Shown here: positions 1 through 17,146 of the stretch, in pieces
How the letters are laid out: every line of letters begins with the position of its first letter
Numbering within the stretch: the first letter of the stretch is position 1
Source of the DNA: the human T2T-CHM13v2.0 reference genome, Homo sapiens
NCBI RefSeq assembly: GCF_009914755.1
Contig: NC_060931.1
Reading direction: 5' to 3' (one strand)
DNA length: 64,000 nucleotides
The notes under the pieces: model-generated
Told to the model about the DNA's origin: nothing
Database searches by the model: none
What the model saw: the letters and a program-made list of their open reading frames with translations, nothing else
Position numbers and translations under genes: made by a program

Positions 1-1395
1 AATATTAATTTGATTTAAAGTTTTTCTGTTCTCTACTCTTTTATTCTTTCATTTTTCTTCCTTGTGCTTTCCTTTGATTTCCTTTTCTTTATTAAATATT
101 GATGCTTCATTTATTTTTACTTTTATTGCTATAATTCTACAATGTTACACATTTTCTTTTGGTTACTGCTTTACAAGTTTCCCATAGCTTCTGATATGTA
201 GGATTCTCATCATCATTATTTTTGTAAATAAACTAAATTTATGACATCTGTATTCTTTCACTCAAGAGTTATTTAATAAAAAGTTGAATTTCTTACCTAG
301 TGGGTACAACATACATTATTTGAGTGATGTTTACACTAAAAGCCCAGAGTTCACCATTATGCAAATTATCCATGTAATAAAACTGCACTTCTATCCCCTA
401 AGTCCATTAAAATAAAATTTTAAAAGAATCCTATAGCTACTTCTCACGTTTATTGTTATAAGTGTGAGTGTTACAACAATATAAATGTTATCGTTGTAAC
501 ATAAGTAAGTTATAAGTGTTAGTGTTATAACAATTATTCAGTTCCAAGTATTAAACATTTCTATTATGAAAAACAGTTGAATTTCCAAGTAGACAGATTT
601 TTTTGATTATTGATTTTATATTTGACTTCTATTTGTGTTGCATTGCAATCACACAAAATATTTCCACTTTGTGAAAACTAATGATGATTCTTGATACACG
701 GTCAATTTTTAGAAATGTTTCAGGTGTGTTCGAGAAGATATATTCTCTATCGTCAGAATATTATGTTTGTTAAATGTCTGAAAAATTCTACTTTACTGAC
801 TGTGTTATTTAGATCATTTTTATATCCACATTAATTTTTGTCTACTTGGCTTCTTTTATATTGACAATGGTGTATTAAATCCCATATTATTAATGGGTTT
901 TTAGAAATCCTTTTTATCTCATGTTGTTTCAGTTTGATATTGCAGTTGTTCTATTATTTGGCATGTAAGTATTCATAACCGTTATGTCTGTGGTGTTTTG
1001 AAAAGTGACTTTTAGCATTAAATATATATTGTGGAGTGCGCTTTTTAGCATTTAAAATGTGTCAGACTTTGCCTTTTTAATACTTTTTAATGTAAATTCT
1101 ACTTTGTTATCAAGATTGAAAACACTTCTTATTATTTCCCTGTTTCTATCAATTCTTTGTTCACTCCTTTAGTACTAACATTTTGGAAATACTGTAATTT
1201 AAGTGTATCTCTTATATAGAACAGAGTTGAGTTTTGATTTGCATGCCAATTCTAGGGTTGGGTTATAAAAAACATTTATTTTTATTGAAATTTCTGGTAA
1301 ATTTGATCTAAATTTTGTCATATTACCTTACGTTATGATCGATGGGTGCATTGTGTTATATTTACTATGTTTCTTTCTGTATTTAATTTGTGCCT
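1..1395 (-). mobile_element. Old, degraded L1M-type LINE fragments
   Basis: T-rich sequence with antisense L1 ORF2-like phrases. Boundaries are approximate. Confidence 0.45.
297..422 (+). mobile_element. L1 (L1PB/L1MA-type) 3' end fragment
   Basis: GGGTACAAC...TACACTAAAAGCCCAGA...ATCCATGTAATAAAACTGCAC followed by an A-rich tail. Confidence 0.6.
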
Positions 1396-1734
1396 TTGGC
1401 AAAATAATTGCCCCCTCAGAGAGGTTTGCATCCTAATCCTCAGAACCTGTATACATGCTCCCTTACATGGCAAAAGGAACTTTGCAAACTTGATTAAGTC
1501 AAGGATCTTGAGACTGTGAGGTTATTCTAGATTAACTGGGTGGACTCAGGTTAATGACAAAGGTTCTTATAAGTGAAAGAGGGAGGCAGCAGCATCAGAG
1601 TCAGGAGAGGAGATGTGACAATGAAAGCAGAAGCTGGTGAAACAATTGCAGGAAAGAAGCCATAAGACAAGGGCTGCAGGCATCACCTCGAAGCCAGAAA
1701 AGGCAAGGAACAGATAGTCCTACAGAGCCTCCAC

Positions 1735-2405
<671 letters not shown>

Positions 2406-3709
2406 TGATTTAAAATCAGTAAGACTGATTTGGGACCTCCGGAACTCCAAGTGAATAAATATGTTGTTTTAAGCCACCAGTTTTGTGGGAATTTGCTGCA
2501 GCCATTATGGGAATCTAATACAAACGAGAAAACCTTTATCAAGAATTATTTCTGAAGCACATAGTTGTGTGGTTCCTTCTGTCTCCAGCTCCTGCCTCTG
2601 TATATACTTTGCTGTTCCATACTGTTAGAATTTAGAATGTAAACTCAGCCACATTTTGTCATCTATATTCATAGTACATACCTATACCCCTACAAATCTA
2701 TGCATATATGTATCTACCCAGTCAAAGCATTCATAATGGCAGTATAATTTGCTGAATACTGGGCTTATAAAGTGGAAGCAGGAGAGATTTACACTAGCAG
2801 AATAAGCAATAGTGAGGAAATCTTCAGATATCACCTTTCTAGTAAATGCACTTTTATTTATCCCCATCCCCTCTACATCATTCTGGTTTAAGATTTTAAT
2901 TAATCTAATATTTATTATAATTTAAGATATGAGATGGGGATATAATTTTAACAGTCCCTTTTTTTTCAGAATAGTAAATTGAGTTTCCCAGGACCACTTA
3001 ATAATTACTCTTTTCCCCTAGCTATTCTGTTCTATACTTCATGGAACTAAATTATTTGTTTAGTTATTTGGGGCTGAAGCACATCAAAAGATGGAAAAGT
3101 AGAAAAGTATTTTTAACACTCTAGTTTCCCCAATTTCATGTTTTGGCAATGATGCAATGAGAGGAGAATAAGAGAAATTAATATTAGGACAAATGGATTG
3201 GGGAAAAAAGTGAATTTTTAGTAGGAGCTGAAAAGACACAAATATAAACACTCTTAACTCTGGAGAAAAAAAATATTGTGACTAAGACTGATTATAAATG
3301 GGATTTCTATATGCCAAGATCAGCAGGGAGAAGAGAACATGAATACATTTTGTTGTGTGAAGTACCTTCTGTCTTGTAACAAAAATCATGTTATGCATTA
3401 TTTTTTTTCTTTTAAATAGCCTAAAAAAGAAAATGAAGAGAAAGTTCTAAATTTCAATTAAGCATGATTCTGATTTTGAGGTGTGAAGATTTCTGTTGGG
3501 AAAATGCAGATTTTATCATTCTAGACTCTGCAAGTATCTTCTATATAAATGATTGGTCTTCTGAATGAATTACTGGGATCTAGATTTCTACTTCAATAAC
3601 TTAACACTAATTATGACCATTTAAAAGAATCCTGGTGTTACCTGACTGCCACAGTCTCTTCTTTCTACCCCAGAAACCACATTACACCCTAAGATCCACT
3701 ATGTATTAG

Positions 3710-3830
3710 AATCCCCTAGAATAAATTTTACCTGGGCATTTTATCTGTTTTGTTCAGTGCTTTATCCTCAGGACCTAGAAAAGTGCCTAGTATGTGGTAG
3801 GTGTAAACATACGAAAATAACAAATGGGCA
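3710..3830 (+). mobile_element. L2 3' end fragment
   Basis: TCTGTTTTGTTCAGTGCTTTATCC..CCTAGAAAAGTGCCTAG..GTAGG matches the L2 tail pattern. Confidence 0.6.
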
Positions 3831-3959
3831 AATTAATTAATCAAATTGATCCTTGAAAACTTGATTCTTTTTAGAATTGGACCTCACAATTAATACATGT
3901 TTGGATTTGGTCAAATCATAAGCCACCTTAGGGGTGTATAAAATACATTAGTGAGAGGA

Positions 3960-4260
3960 GTCTTGGCATATTGTTGTGACTATTCTCTATAGGCCAAGTT
4001 TGGTGGTAAGACATGTTGCTATCAGACTGGGTAGTCTGATTTCAATGAGGACAATGTGGTTCCTGGGTGTCACGAGCCATATGGAGGCACTAATTTACCC
4101 AAAACAAGAAATATATGGATCCTAGGATGAGAAGCAGAGGCAGCATCAGTAATAGGAAGAGTTTTCTTGGCAGAAAATTTTGGTACTGGCTAGTTGATCC
4201 TGATATCCCTAGAACTGATATACATGGACATCCTACTAAAGTTTTACTTAATTTGTATAA
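3960..4260 (+). mobile_element. ERVL-class internal (gag-like) remnant
   Basis: Degenerate match to ERVL gag (TTCTCTATAGGCCA...TCTGATTTCAATG...GGCAC). Confidence 0.45.
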
Positions 4261-4474
4261 ATAGAAACCAGGTTTGGTGAAAAGACACTGACTACAATCA
4301 CTACAATTACCAAATGAAGCTGAGAGTTTAACTGAACCACGGTTGCACAGACACCATTCTCAACTACTTCAGGTAAGGGGGTACCTCTTGCAGTAATGAT
4401 ATTATGGGGTTCAAAACAACCTGCAATTAACATTAAAAAGCAGTTGCAGAAGAGAGATATTAGTGATATAGCAA

Positions 4475-4595
4475 AACCCCACCAGAATCTTTATCTTGCA
4501 CTTTCCTGCCTCCAGAACAATCAGAAATAAATATTTGTTGTTTAAGCCATTCAGTCTATGGTAATTTGTTATAATAGCCTGAGCTGACTAAGACA
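4475..4595 (+). mobile_element. MLT1 LTR 3' fragment
   Basis: GCCTCCAGAAC..AATAAATATTTGTTGTTTAAGCCA..GACTAAGACA. Confidence 0.7.
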
Positions 4596-6707
4596 GCAAT
4601 ATAGGTCATGCTTTGTTCTTTGAGGCAGCCAAATGTGTCTGTGTGTGTGTGTGTGTGTATGTGTGTCTGTATAGACACTCATTTGGCAATATGTTGAAAT
4701 ATTATTTAAATAAATAAATAATTTACATAAATAAAATGGGACAGTTTGATTTGTGTTCTTGGATAAGAAAAATATGTGAGAGATTTTTCTGGAAAGCCCA
4801 GAGGGCTAATACACATTGCTGTGGATTTTATCCAACTAGTCAAGATGTTGATAGAAATAACATGTGTCATATTTTTCCACGTTACCCAGATATTTTATTC
4901 CTTAATAATACTTACTGTGCTTAGTCTGTATTGGGGATCACTAAAAATGAACCCATTATGCAACAGGATGGCAGAAGGAAAATAAGTCTTCCTTTGCTAC
5001 ACGTTCCCTATCTCTCCCGTTGAATTTGCTTTCTCAAACTGACCTCTTAAGTAGCTGGAACATAGCCTAATACTGTGATGATAATGACACAATCCATTCA
5101 CACGTTTTCTACGAACCTTTATGCAGTTCATATGAATGCTGTGAGAAGTGCCATTTCAGTCTTGAAGATTTTTCTTGATATGTAAGAACTCTTCTCTCCC
5201 TCATTATCTTGAAGTCTCTCTTTTCTCTCTATTCCCATAAAATATGAGAAGAGGCTTCTTTCAGCAGATTATTGAAGTTTGTTTCATAGGCCACTTACTG
5301 GGAATGAGATTTCCTTGTGATTTAGATTTGGTGTGTTTCCTCACTTGCGTGTAATTCTATTCATCTCAACAGATATCAGAAAAAAGATGGAAATATTTCT
5401 ATGAATATGTACTGTATTACCATAAAGTTGATGATATCTTAAATGATTTAATATAAAGCACTTTCTAGTCTGATAATTTTAATGACCTATATCAACTGTA
5501 GAAATTTCAAAAACAGTTACATGACATATCATTATTACTTGGAAAAAGCAGTCTGCACGTGAGAAATCAACCTCTGGGGTAGCATTACATTGGCTCGTAT
5601 TCCTTGGCTCAAGAACTGACCCCGGCTAGCTCAAAGATTGAATTATCAGCATATTCCTATTGACCACATATGGCAGTGTGAGCTCACATTAACCATGTTG
5701 TAGAGCTGACTTAAGAAAATAATGATCTCTATGTATTAATTATGAAAATAACTGCGTCTTGGGCTGTAATACTAACTTTGACATGGTGTTGATTTTCTTC
5801 CTGTATGCGGTATGGATATATTCTCCTTGAAATCAGTGCTGGCGTGTCAGTAGATATGAATGTGGTAGGTGTTTGACTTAAGTGTCTCCCTCTCCTGCGC
5901 CTCCTCGTGCTTGCACTGGAATGTGGAATACTGCAACCTCCCTTTCTCTGTCCTAGACATCTTTCTCACCTCCCTCTCACACCCTCCTTGCTCCTAGTTC
6001 TAATTGGAACATCCCTGTTGGACAACATTGTGACATCAATCTTATGCCACTCAATTCCTTGATCTAACAGCCATTCTTCCTTGTCAGTTGCATTTGCATG
6101 TGACTTACTGAGCACTGACTTTGTAGATTAACTTTCAGAAAGTAATCTATTTCTTTTTAAAATATACTTTCCAATTCTTGGAAACTGTCTCTTCAGAATC
6201 CAACTACTGACAATAGGTAATAAACAAATGTACCTAACTGAACAGATATTGAAATAGAAATTGAAATGTGGTAACTTAAAATAAGCCCAAAAAGAGAAAC
6301 AATTATGAATTATAAAGCAGAGTTCATGACAGCCAATAAAGGAGCTGAGTTTAAGGTGGATTTCAAAGAAAACATTTTTATGACTCTTGTGAATGACATG
6401 ATTTCCTTTTGAGAACCATAGACATATTACCAACACTAAACAGTAGACAGTAGAGTACAAAAAGTGATAAATACATGTTACAAACAATTTTCCCAAACTA
6501 GTGTTATTTTGTAATGAAAAAATAATGATATTGCAAGCAAGAATACTCACTTTGATGTGAAATTAATTTTCTGTCTTATGTAAAGATTAATATCTACTTC
6601 CTCAGACTAAACTAACCTTATCCCACACATAGACAGAATCTGTGTGCTCCTTAATTAAAGTGTCATTGGTAACATGGTCCATGAGAGCCTGGGGGAATGT
6701 CTATGAT

Positions 6708-7603
6708 TGTAGGGAGACCCCCTAAAACTATTGCTATGGTATAAAAGATGAAATGCTCCTGATTATTGTAAATACAAAATTGCATGCAGGATTGTGTAAA
6801 GACAATGCCAGGTTGGACTGCCAGAATGAGCCAACAGCGCGTGATGTGCTTCCCCCTGCAGAGAGCCTATGAATGGACGTGCAGTCAGGGAGGTTTCACA
6901 TCACCAAGATTCCTATCCCAGAAAAGCAGATGTTCATGGCTCTGGGAATGGAATGCTACCCTTGTGGAGAGCCTATAAACGGATGCATGGGGGGGTGCCT
7001 GTCCATATGGATAAGAGCGCTATGAATGCCCTCATCTTGCCGTGGCTCTTCTAGGCCTCTTTAGGGTTAAGGCATACTCCCTTCTGAGAATTTCTGGTCT
7101 AACCGGTTGTCTAGCTTCATGTCCTGTTTCCATGGATTGTTTGTAACCAGCTTTTGTTGAAATTGTTACTGCTGATTAATATCTTGCTAATCATAGGTTA
7201 TGGAAAGATTGTGTTTCTGTTTTAAGGCTCTGTTAGAAATTACTGAAGCACACACTATATTGTAAATTCTTATCTCTGTGTACTGTACTTCTACATACAA
7301 ATGTACTGTACTTCTGCATACAAATGTTATGTTAAAGAATTACTTCATCCCCATGTGACCATCTCACCTCATAATCAAATGACCCTAAATCCCTCACTAA
7401 CCTACCCCTGCCCTCACTAAACTTAATAATAAATGCTGGTATATCCAGTGCATTGTTGGCACCATGGGACCAGAAGGCGGTGACCCACCTGGACCCAGTT
7501 TTCACTATCTTGTGTGTGTCTATTATTTCTCAACCTGCCGATCCACCTGGAAACAAAGAGAGAGCCCCGTTGCATTGCGGGCTGCTAGCCAGATCCCGCA
7601 ATA
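6708..7603 (+). mobile_element. MER11D solo LTR (ERVK class, HERVK11D/HML-7)
   Basis: 896 bp, TGTAGGGAGACCCC...GATCCCGCAATA. 6-bp TSD TATGAT/TATGAC is typical of betaretrovirus-like ERVs. AATAAA near 7427 on the + strand; the library consensus is the reverse orientation. Confidence 0.85.
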
Positions 7604-7887
7604 TATGACTTCTGCTTTAGAGAAGAGAAATTCCTGCAAAGTGGAAGAATCTCAGCCACAAATAATGGTTGTTCAATATAAAAACAGGCATTAAAAGGAA
7701 AGGTAAAGAATATGGTCATTTATCTATTATCTCATTTAATATGTGAATATAATTTTTACTTTTTTCAGATGTTCTAGCATCTTCTAGACTTACATATCTC
7801 ATAGACATAACCAAATACTTGGGGCAAGGGGCAAGTAATCCTCAATAGGCCTGAATGTCTTGAATGCCAAACAACTCAGTTACCTAA

Positions 7888-8331
7888 GTTTCTTGCTTGC
7901 TTGCTTGCTTTCCTTCCTTCCTTCTTTTTCTTTTCTCTTTCTCTCCCTTCCTTTCTTTCCTTTTCTTTCTCTTTCTTTTTCTTCCTTTTTCTTTTTCTCT
8001 CTCTTTCTCTTTCTTTCTTTTCCTTCCTTCCTTTTTTCTTTCTTTTTCTCTTTCTCTTTTCTTTTCCTTCCTTCCTTTTTTCTTTCTTCTTTCTTTTTCT
8101 TTTTCTTTCTTTCCTCTCTCCTTCCTTCCTTCTTTTTTCTCTTTCTTTTCTTTCTTTCTTCTTTCTTTCTTTTTCTTTTTCTTTCTTTCCTCCTTCCTTC
8201 CTTCCTTCCTTCCTTTTTTGTCTCTTTTTCTTTCTTCTTTCTTTTTCTTTTTCTTTCTTTCCTCTCTCCTTCCTTCCTTCCTCTCTCTCTTTCTTTTCTT
8301 TTTCTTCTTTTCTTTGCTTTTTTTTTTTTCC
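7888..8331. repeat. ~440-bp polypyrimidine/polypurine compound microsatellite, (TTTC)n/(TTCC)n
   Basis: Almost only C and T on the + strand, with internally duplicated ~40-bp blocks. Confidence 0.95.
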
Positions 8332-8809
8332 ATTTTACTACCTAGCAACTAATCTCAAGAATTGGGATATTGTATTTTTCAAGGAATCTGGGGTAGGAAT
8401 AATCGTACACTATAGGAAAAGAAACAATTATAAAGTATCAATTACTGTAAAGGTTATAAGAACTTCTGAAGCTTCTTTCCTTCTATATTTTAAAAATGTT
8501 ATTTCCCTCATTAAAACATCTATTATTTTAGTGGAAGGAATCTTGGACCTTAGCTACTTTTCCTCAATCTAATAAAAGACTGCCATCTACAAGAGACAAA
8601 GATGTTTGGATAATAAGTTAATTTTCTAATTTTCTATGTGAATAGTATAAAATCATATTTTTTAAAGTCAAGTTTATATTCATAACTTAAGAAAATTTAA
8701 AAGTTTGACAACACTAAGCATTGACAAAATAAAGGAGTAATGGAAACTTCCATACTTCATCAATGAGGATGTAAATTTTATATGACAAATTTGCAAGAAT
8801 TTCCTTGCT

Positions 8810-10850
8810 TCAGAATCTCAAGGGCCTGTCTTGTAATTCTTTCCTTAGAGTTTTCCACAGGTGCTTACTGCATCTTTTCTCACTCTACACATACATTTGC
8901 ACTGCCATAGCATCCGCAAGATTATAATGCCCAAGCTTCAGGGCCATGTGCTTACACCCTGGACCTGTTACTAAGCCCTTTTCTAATAAATAGGGCTTAG
9001 ATATATGGACCTGAGCAGTAACTGCTAGGTGGAATATGCATATTTTCCATAACCCAAGAGGCCTACCATGTCTTTCTCTCTTTTTTTTTTTTTTTTTTTT
9101 TTTTTTTGTGACAGCAGATGCAAGATGAAATAATTTGTTTCGCTTTAGAATGATGGATATCCTGGCAGACCCCTTACTATTCGATCTTTAAAAACTTCAC
9201 TGAAATTGCAGTTCCTTGAATTTTCATAGGGTATATCTCCAACTTTCTGGAATATAAGTGTCTTAGCAGGTTTCCCACATGCTAGCCACCTCCTGTTCAT
9301 CCTGCCTAGTTTCCTCAATATTACTGATATAAAAGATTGGCTTGATATTCTATGGGATGTCCAGGGAGTCCAAATCTCCTTCAGACTATGACACAGAATG
9401 GGAGAATTTATATAGTCCTGCGGCAAAACTATAAATGAATAGTATGTGTTCCACAAAACTAAACTCTTTCTAATTTGTTTCCTAATTGGAATCAAAAAGA
9501 ACACTTTTGTCAAATCAATGGCTGCCTGCAGTGTACATGTGGCCTCATTCATCTGCTCTACAATGACCCTAGGTATGGCACTGCAGCTTCAATTTGGACT
9601 TCTTGCAGTCTTCTACAAAAATTGTTCAAAGTCCTTTTATTTTGCAGCAGGGAGTGGGGCAGACTGTCAAAATAAAGAGAGGCAGGAACCACCACCACGT
9701 CCTTCAGGATTACAACGGTGGCAATACTCTTTATGATTCTCTTTGAGAATATAACTCTGGTTTTGATCAGCTGTATTGATGGTGGTTGGAGGGCAATTTC
9801 AGAGGTTTCCTAAGATAGTGTTTACTTGAGCCCAAGAATTCAATGTAGGGATTACTCCAACTGCTAAGGATATCCATTTTAACTCTCTACTGTGGGACTC
9901 AGAAAATGACCTCTGGGTGGGTCTGCAGATGCAATCTGTGACCCAGACTTTATCCAGGGCACCAGTTTTTACTTGTTCCTATAAGCCCCAACTCAAGCAA
10001 GGGTCCATGATGATGGTCACCCTTTTAAGTGCCCATAGATCCAATGGAGGAAAAACTAAAGGGATCATCCTGGTCTTTTCTTTCCACAGTGTTGCAAAGT
10101 ATTTCCTTCAAGTGAGTCGAGTGGCCTGAACATGTTTTCAGTCATTGGGTCCCAAATATAAAAATTAGCTCAGATTTAGGAACTGAACCAGGAATCATAA
10201 CTATTTTGAGGGACAAGTGCCCCCAGCTCTTCTATTCATAACTTTTCCTGGTTGTAGACATTCAATGTCTCTGATATCACCTGGCTTACCTTACAATTTT
10301 GCTGCTAAGCACACCAGGTTCCATTAACCATTTCCTAAATTCTCTAAAGGTAGAGTCCAGTTGGTTTCCCCTTGGGCTTTCCTCATCATTAGGTAATTGC
10401 ATCCTCCTGGCTGTTGGCTTTTAAGCATGAGCAGTCACTGAATTTTGCAGTGAAGCTGGTTCCTCTTACCAGTGCATTCATGATGGCCTTGGTGAATGGC
10501 ATGTCCCATGGGCCCAAAGCGTAACATGATCCTCTGTGGCTTGTCTGGTCTCACATATCATATTGATTTCAGCTTCGTACTTCTCTAAGCTTCTCAATAG
10601 TTTTCTTTATTATCTGGCTTGAAAACTCTGACATTTTTGCTTCACTCATTATGAACTGAATCCTTGCTTTCTACAGGATTCTAAGAGCCACTCTAACAGT
10701 GAGTTTGGTTCCTGGGATTCTTGCCAGGATGTTAAATCCTTTGTCCCAAGAAAGTTTCCGCAAGTCATTGAAATCTTGCTTATCCAGTATTACATCATGT
10801 TCCCCTTAGCAGAGTATCTGAGCAGTACATTTTCTCAGCCACCACAGAGG
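8810..10850 (-). mobile_element. ERVL-class (HERV16/ERVL-E-like) internal gag-pol remnant
   Basis: ORF 9145..9552 has degenerate RT motifs (AAIDL..FF.IPI, VLPQ.YINSP.LCH). A gag-like PFTKAI.NALVRG motif lies near 10460-10515. Confidence 0.75.
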
Positions 10851-10960
10851 CACAGCACCATATAAAGACCGTCATTTCAATTTATACACTATATCCCATG
10901 GTTGCCAGGCAAAATGCAGGATGCACAGTTAAGTTTACACTTTAGGTAACGAATGAATAA

Positions 10961-13488
<2,528 letters not shown>

Positions 13489-14326
13489 ATATGTTCCATG
13501 TAACAATGAGGACATACTTATACTAAAACAGCCATTCGTTATTTATCTGACACTGAAATTCAACTGGGCATCTTGTATTTTATTTGCTAAACCTGGCACC
13601 TTACATGTCCTAGAATTCTGTGCTAAAACTCCACAGGTATATTCCCTAAGTGTACACCTTAACTAAGCTTCTAAAAAGTGATTACAAGCTTCTATTGGAT
13701 GAACAGCTTCAGACAATGGTATATATTTTAGGACCATTGAATCCTGTGGTGATTCACGCATTGTAGTGCCTGTTGTTTTTTGCTGAGAATTGTGTCCGTT
13801 TTTTGAGGCAATATTATAAGCATTGTCAATAAACCAGGAATTCTATGAGCCCTTGAATAATGAGGGTAGCAGAGAAGATAAATTCATATTTAAGACGTGA
13901 ATCAGTGTGAACAGGGATGACTTGGCTGGATCTCGCAGAATGTCCCACTCCAATCCGAGTTGGCTGCATACTTCAGGGCCACTGAATATATGTGTACACG
14001 GGGAATATTTTGGAAGAATATGCATAAAAATGTTAACATTACCTCAAGAAAATATTGAGGCGTTATTAGCTTTTTCCTAATATACTTTCTTTTTGATAGA
14101 TCCATTAAAAAGAAATGAATAAAAAAAGAGAAAGAAACAAGGGCAGAACTTCCACTAAGAATCTAATTCTCATTTATAATTTGTAGATGGTTTTTCTTTA
14201 TCTTGTTTCCCTAGTCTACAATCCTTGAATTAACCTAATAAAACAAATAATCTTTGTTATTTTATTGTAAAATAATTCATGATTTTTGCCTTATCATTGA
14301 AGTGAAGACAATTCCTTTATATTTAA

Positions 14327-14390
14327 AAACTAGAACATAAACATGTTTATAACAAAGTAAACTAGAACATAAACATGTTTATAACAAAGT
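14327..14390. repeat. Perfect 32-bp tandem duplication
   Basis: AAACTAGAACATAAACATGTTTATAACAAAGT occurs twice. Confidence 0.95.
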
Positions 14391-14749
14391 ACAAACAAAA
14401 AGTACAACAGAAAATATAATATGGCAAAATTCATAGCTGCTATTAATGTATGCATTAAGGCATATTAATGTGGAAGTTACTGCACAGATACAATTCAAGG
14501 TTGATATTTGTACATATTACCTACTTAAGGGCATTGGAAGATTCATTTTCTTATTCTGTGTTTTATAGCTGTTATTCAACCTAATAATTTATACGTGACT
14601 AGCAGAATGGAGTCCAGTGGTCTTGATTTAAATATGGCTAATTACTATAGTATATATTTATATAGCTTTGAGTTTATATAATTTTTATTTCACATAACGG
14701 TGGGTGGAAAAGCAACTAACATGTTATTATTGATACAATTCCTATGTTC

Positions 14750-14940
14750 TTCTGTTGTGAGTGTCTTCGGACATGTTACATAACCTCTCTGCATGTTAGT
14801 TTTCTTAACTATAAAATGAAGCTCTTATTAGCCCTCATATCTCAGAATTGTTGTTAGAATTAAAGAGATAATCCAAAATAAGTACTTATAACAGAATTTT
14901 GAACCTAGTAGGCACTCAATAAAGTTATTATTAATATTGT
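14750..14940 (+). mobile_element. MIR
   Basis: AACCTCTCTG..TTTCTTAACTATAAAATG..GGCACTCAATAAAGTTATTATT. Confidence 0.7.
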
Positions 14941-15245
14941 TTTCAAAGCGTTCTACATTTTTGAAATTTATTATAGAATTTGATTTATAGGAAAGGAAAA
15001 GTATTTTTAAATATTATTATTTACTATTATTAATGTCCACCCACCAGAATTTGTCACATCAGCAAATGTGCATAATATATAATTGTACATAACTTTCTAT
15101 GTATTAAAAAGGTTGAACATGAGAAACGTTCAACTGAGAATTAAGAATTGAGAATTAAGCAATTAGATGGTAAAGTGTAAGAATTGGCAGATGGGGATTG
15201 GGTTATGAAATCTATCCTGAACAGAGATTTTAACATACCTTTTTA

Positions 15246-15620
<375 letters not shown>

Positions 15621-16029
15621 CTATGGTTAATCTAGTGCAAAGAGGACAGAGGAACCAACGGCACTACGGAGAAAAGAAAGTGGTATATTTGGGGCCTGGC
15701 ATGGAAGACAGGCTAGTGTTTGGGAAAAAAAGGCAGGCCCCTGTCTGAAAACGTAGTGAATAGGACCACTACAGTGTGCAATTGACATAGATGCATTACA
15801 CCTCTCTAGTCTTGCCTATGCTTGTGGCCTTCATTAGAACAGGGCTCTTAATTAATGGGTACCCGAAGTGAATTTGGGGCACATGACTTAAGCAGGGAGG
15901 AAAAACATGCTTATTTTCACTCATCTCTAACTAAACTGAGTTTCAACATTTTCTTCCATTGCAAATGTGGATAATAAACCACGACGTTACTTTTTATTTT
16001 TTTCATACCTAGAAGTTGCAGATTATCTT

Positions 16030-16312
16030 GTTAGAGTTTTCACAAATATATATAAAAGTATCATCTGTATGTATCACTACTTTCAGTAATTCTAGACCCT
16101 GTCATTTCATGTGTTAATAATAAAGCAAAATACTTCCTTATCAAAAATTTGTTTTCTTAATAAGGTGACAACTCTATTTCAATGTCATTGAAATAATTTA
16201 TAATCCAATATAATTTATCTCTAGCATTTAAAAACACTATTCTGTGAAGGGGTATGTAGGGTTCTCCAGACTGCCAAAGCGGGTCATGGAGCAAAAACTT
16301 CTCAGAACTCAT
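16030..16312 (+). mobile_element. hAT-Charlie-like DNA transposon remnant
   Basis: GCATTTAAAAACACTATTCTG..CCAGACTGCCAAAG..CATGG resembles a Charlie terminal region. Confidence 0.5.
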
Positions 16313-17046
16313 ACGTTACAATTAGCAGTTTGGTTTTAGCAACTCCCACCCCTCTCTCTATCAAATTAGTTCTCCGACAGTCTCCATTGAGCTCCAGCTA
16401 TTAATTCGTATTATGTATCTCTAGGATTCTTAGGTAAATGGTTCCTATTGTTGTATGTGGACAAGATTAATAATTTTTACATCCCCTTTTTCTGTTTTTC
16501 TTTACTCTCTCTTTTGTCCATTTTCATTCCATTAAAATAAATTCCCTATCTCAGCACACAACTGAAGATGAAGGAGACAAATTCAAGTAGTTAGGGAAGA
16601 TTCAGAACAGCTTATATCTGGAAGTAGGGAGCTCCACAAAGGGATGAAAGTTGCCAAAAGGAAGGAAAAGAAAGGTAGGTTAGGAGGGAGGAGACGGAGT
16701 TTCAGACAGTACTGTAGGAGGAAAGACGAGCAGAGCAGACAGAACCCAGAACCTAGAAGATAGAGGAGGAGTAGCCAGAGGTTGCCCAGAAGCTGATATC
16801 AAGGAAGTCCAACAAGAAGTAAAATGTAACCCAGAGGACATGGCAGCAGGTATTCTAAGATCAGGCAAAAATACAGCAGAGATATACCTTAAAACCTGGA
16901 GATAAAATTTGCATCACACAAGTCTGTCCAGAGCTGGTAAGGGATTCAGAACAAACCTGCCCCTGAGTTGATGATGGTACCTGAGGGGAGGGGAATTAAA
17001 AGAAAAAACAGAGTCCAGTCTTATAAGGATTAGAATACTGGGCTGA

Positions 17047-17146
17047 GTTTGAACCAGGGAGTAGGAGGTTGCAGTGAGCCGAGATCGTGCCTCTGCACTC
17101 TAGCCTGGCGACACAGCACACAGCAAAACTCCGTCTCAAAAAAAAA
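17047..17146 (+). mobile_element. Severely 5'-truncated Alu (AluSc-like right-arm end)
   Basis: 100-bp insert with A-tail. Perfect 15-bp TSD AGAATACTGGGCTGA at 17032-17046 and 17147-17161. Confidence 0.9.

Noticed and set aside
4021-4040. 8-bp hairpin ATCAGACT-GGGT-AGTCTGAT
   Set aside because: Expected by chance in 64 kb and inside an ERV remnant.
7860-8572. Long F/S/L-rich and K/E/R-rich ORFs (151-223 aa)
   Set aside because: Translations of a stop-poor microsatellite.
9081-9107. 27-nt T run as a retrocopy tail
   Set aside because: No TSD or attached body; it looks like slippage expansion inside the ERVL remnant.
14327-14390. CRISPR-like direct repeat
   Set aside because: Only two abutting copies, no spacers, no cas genes, and primate DNA.
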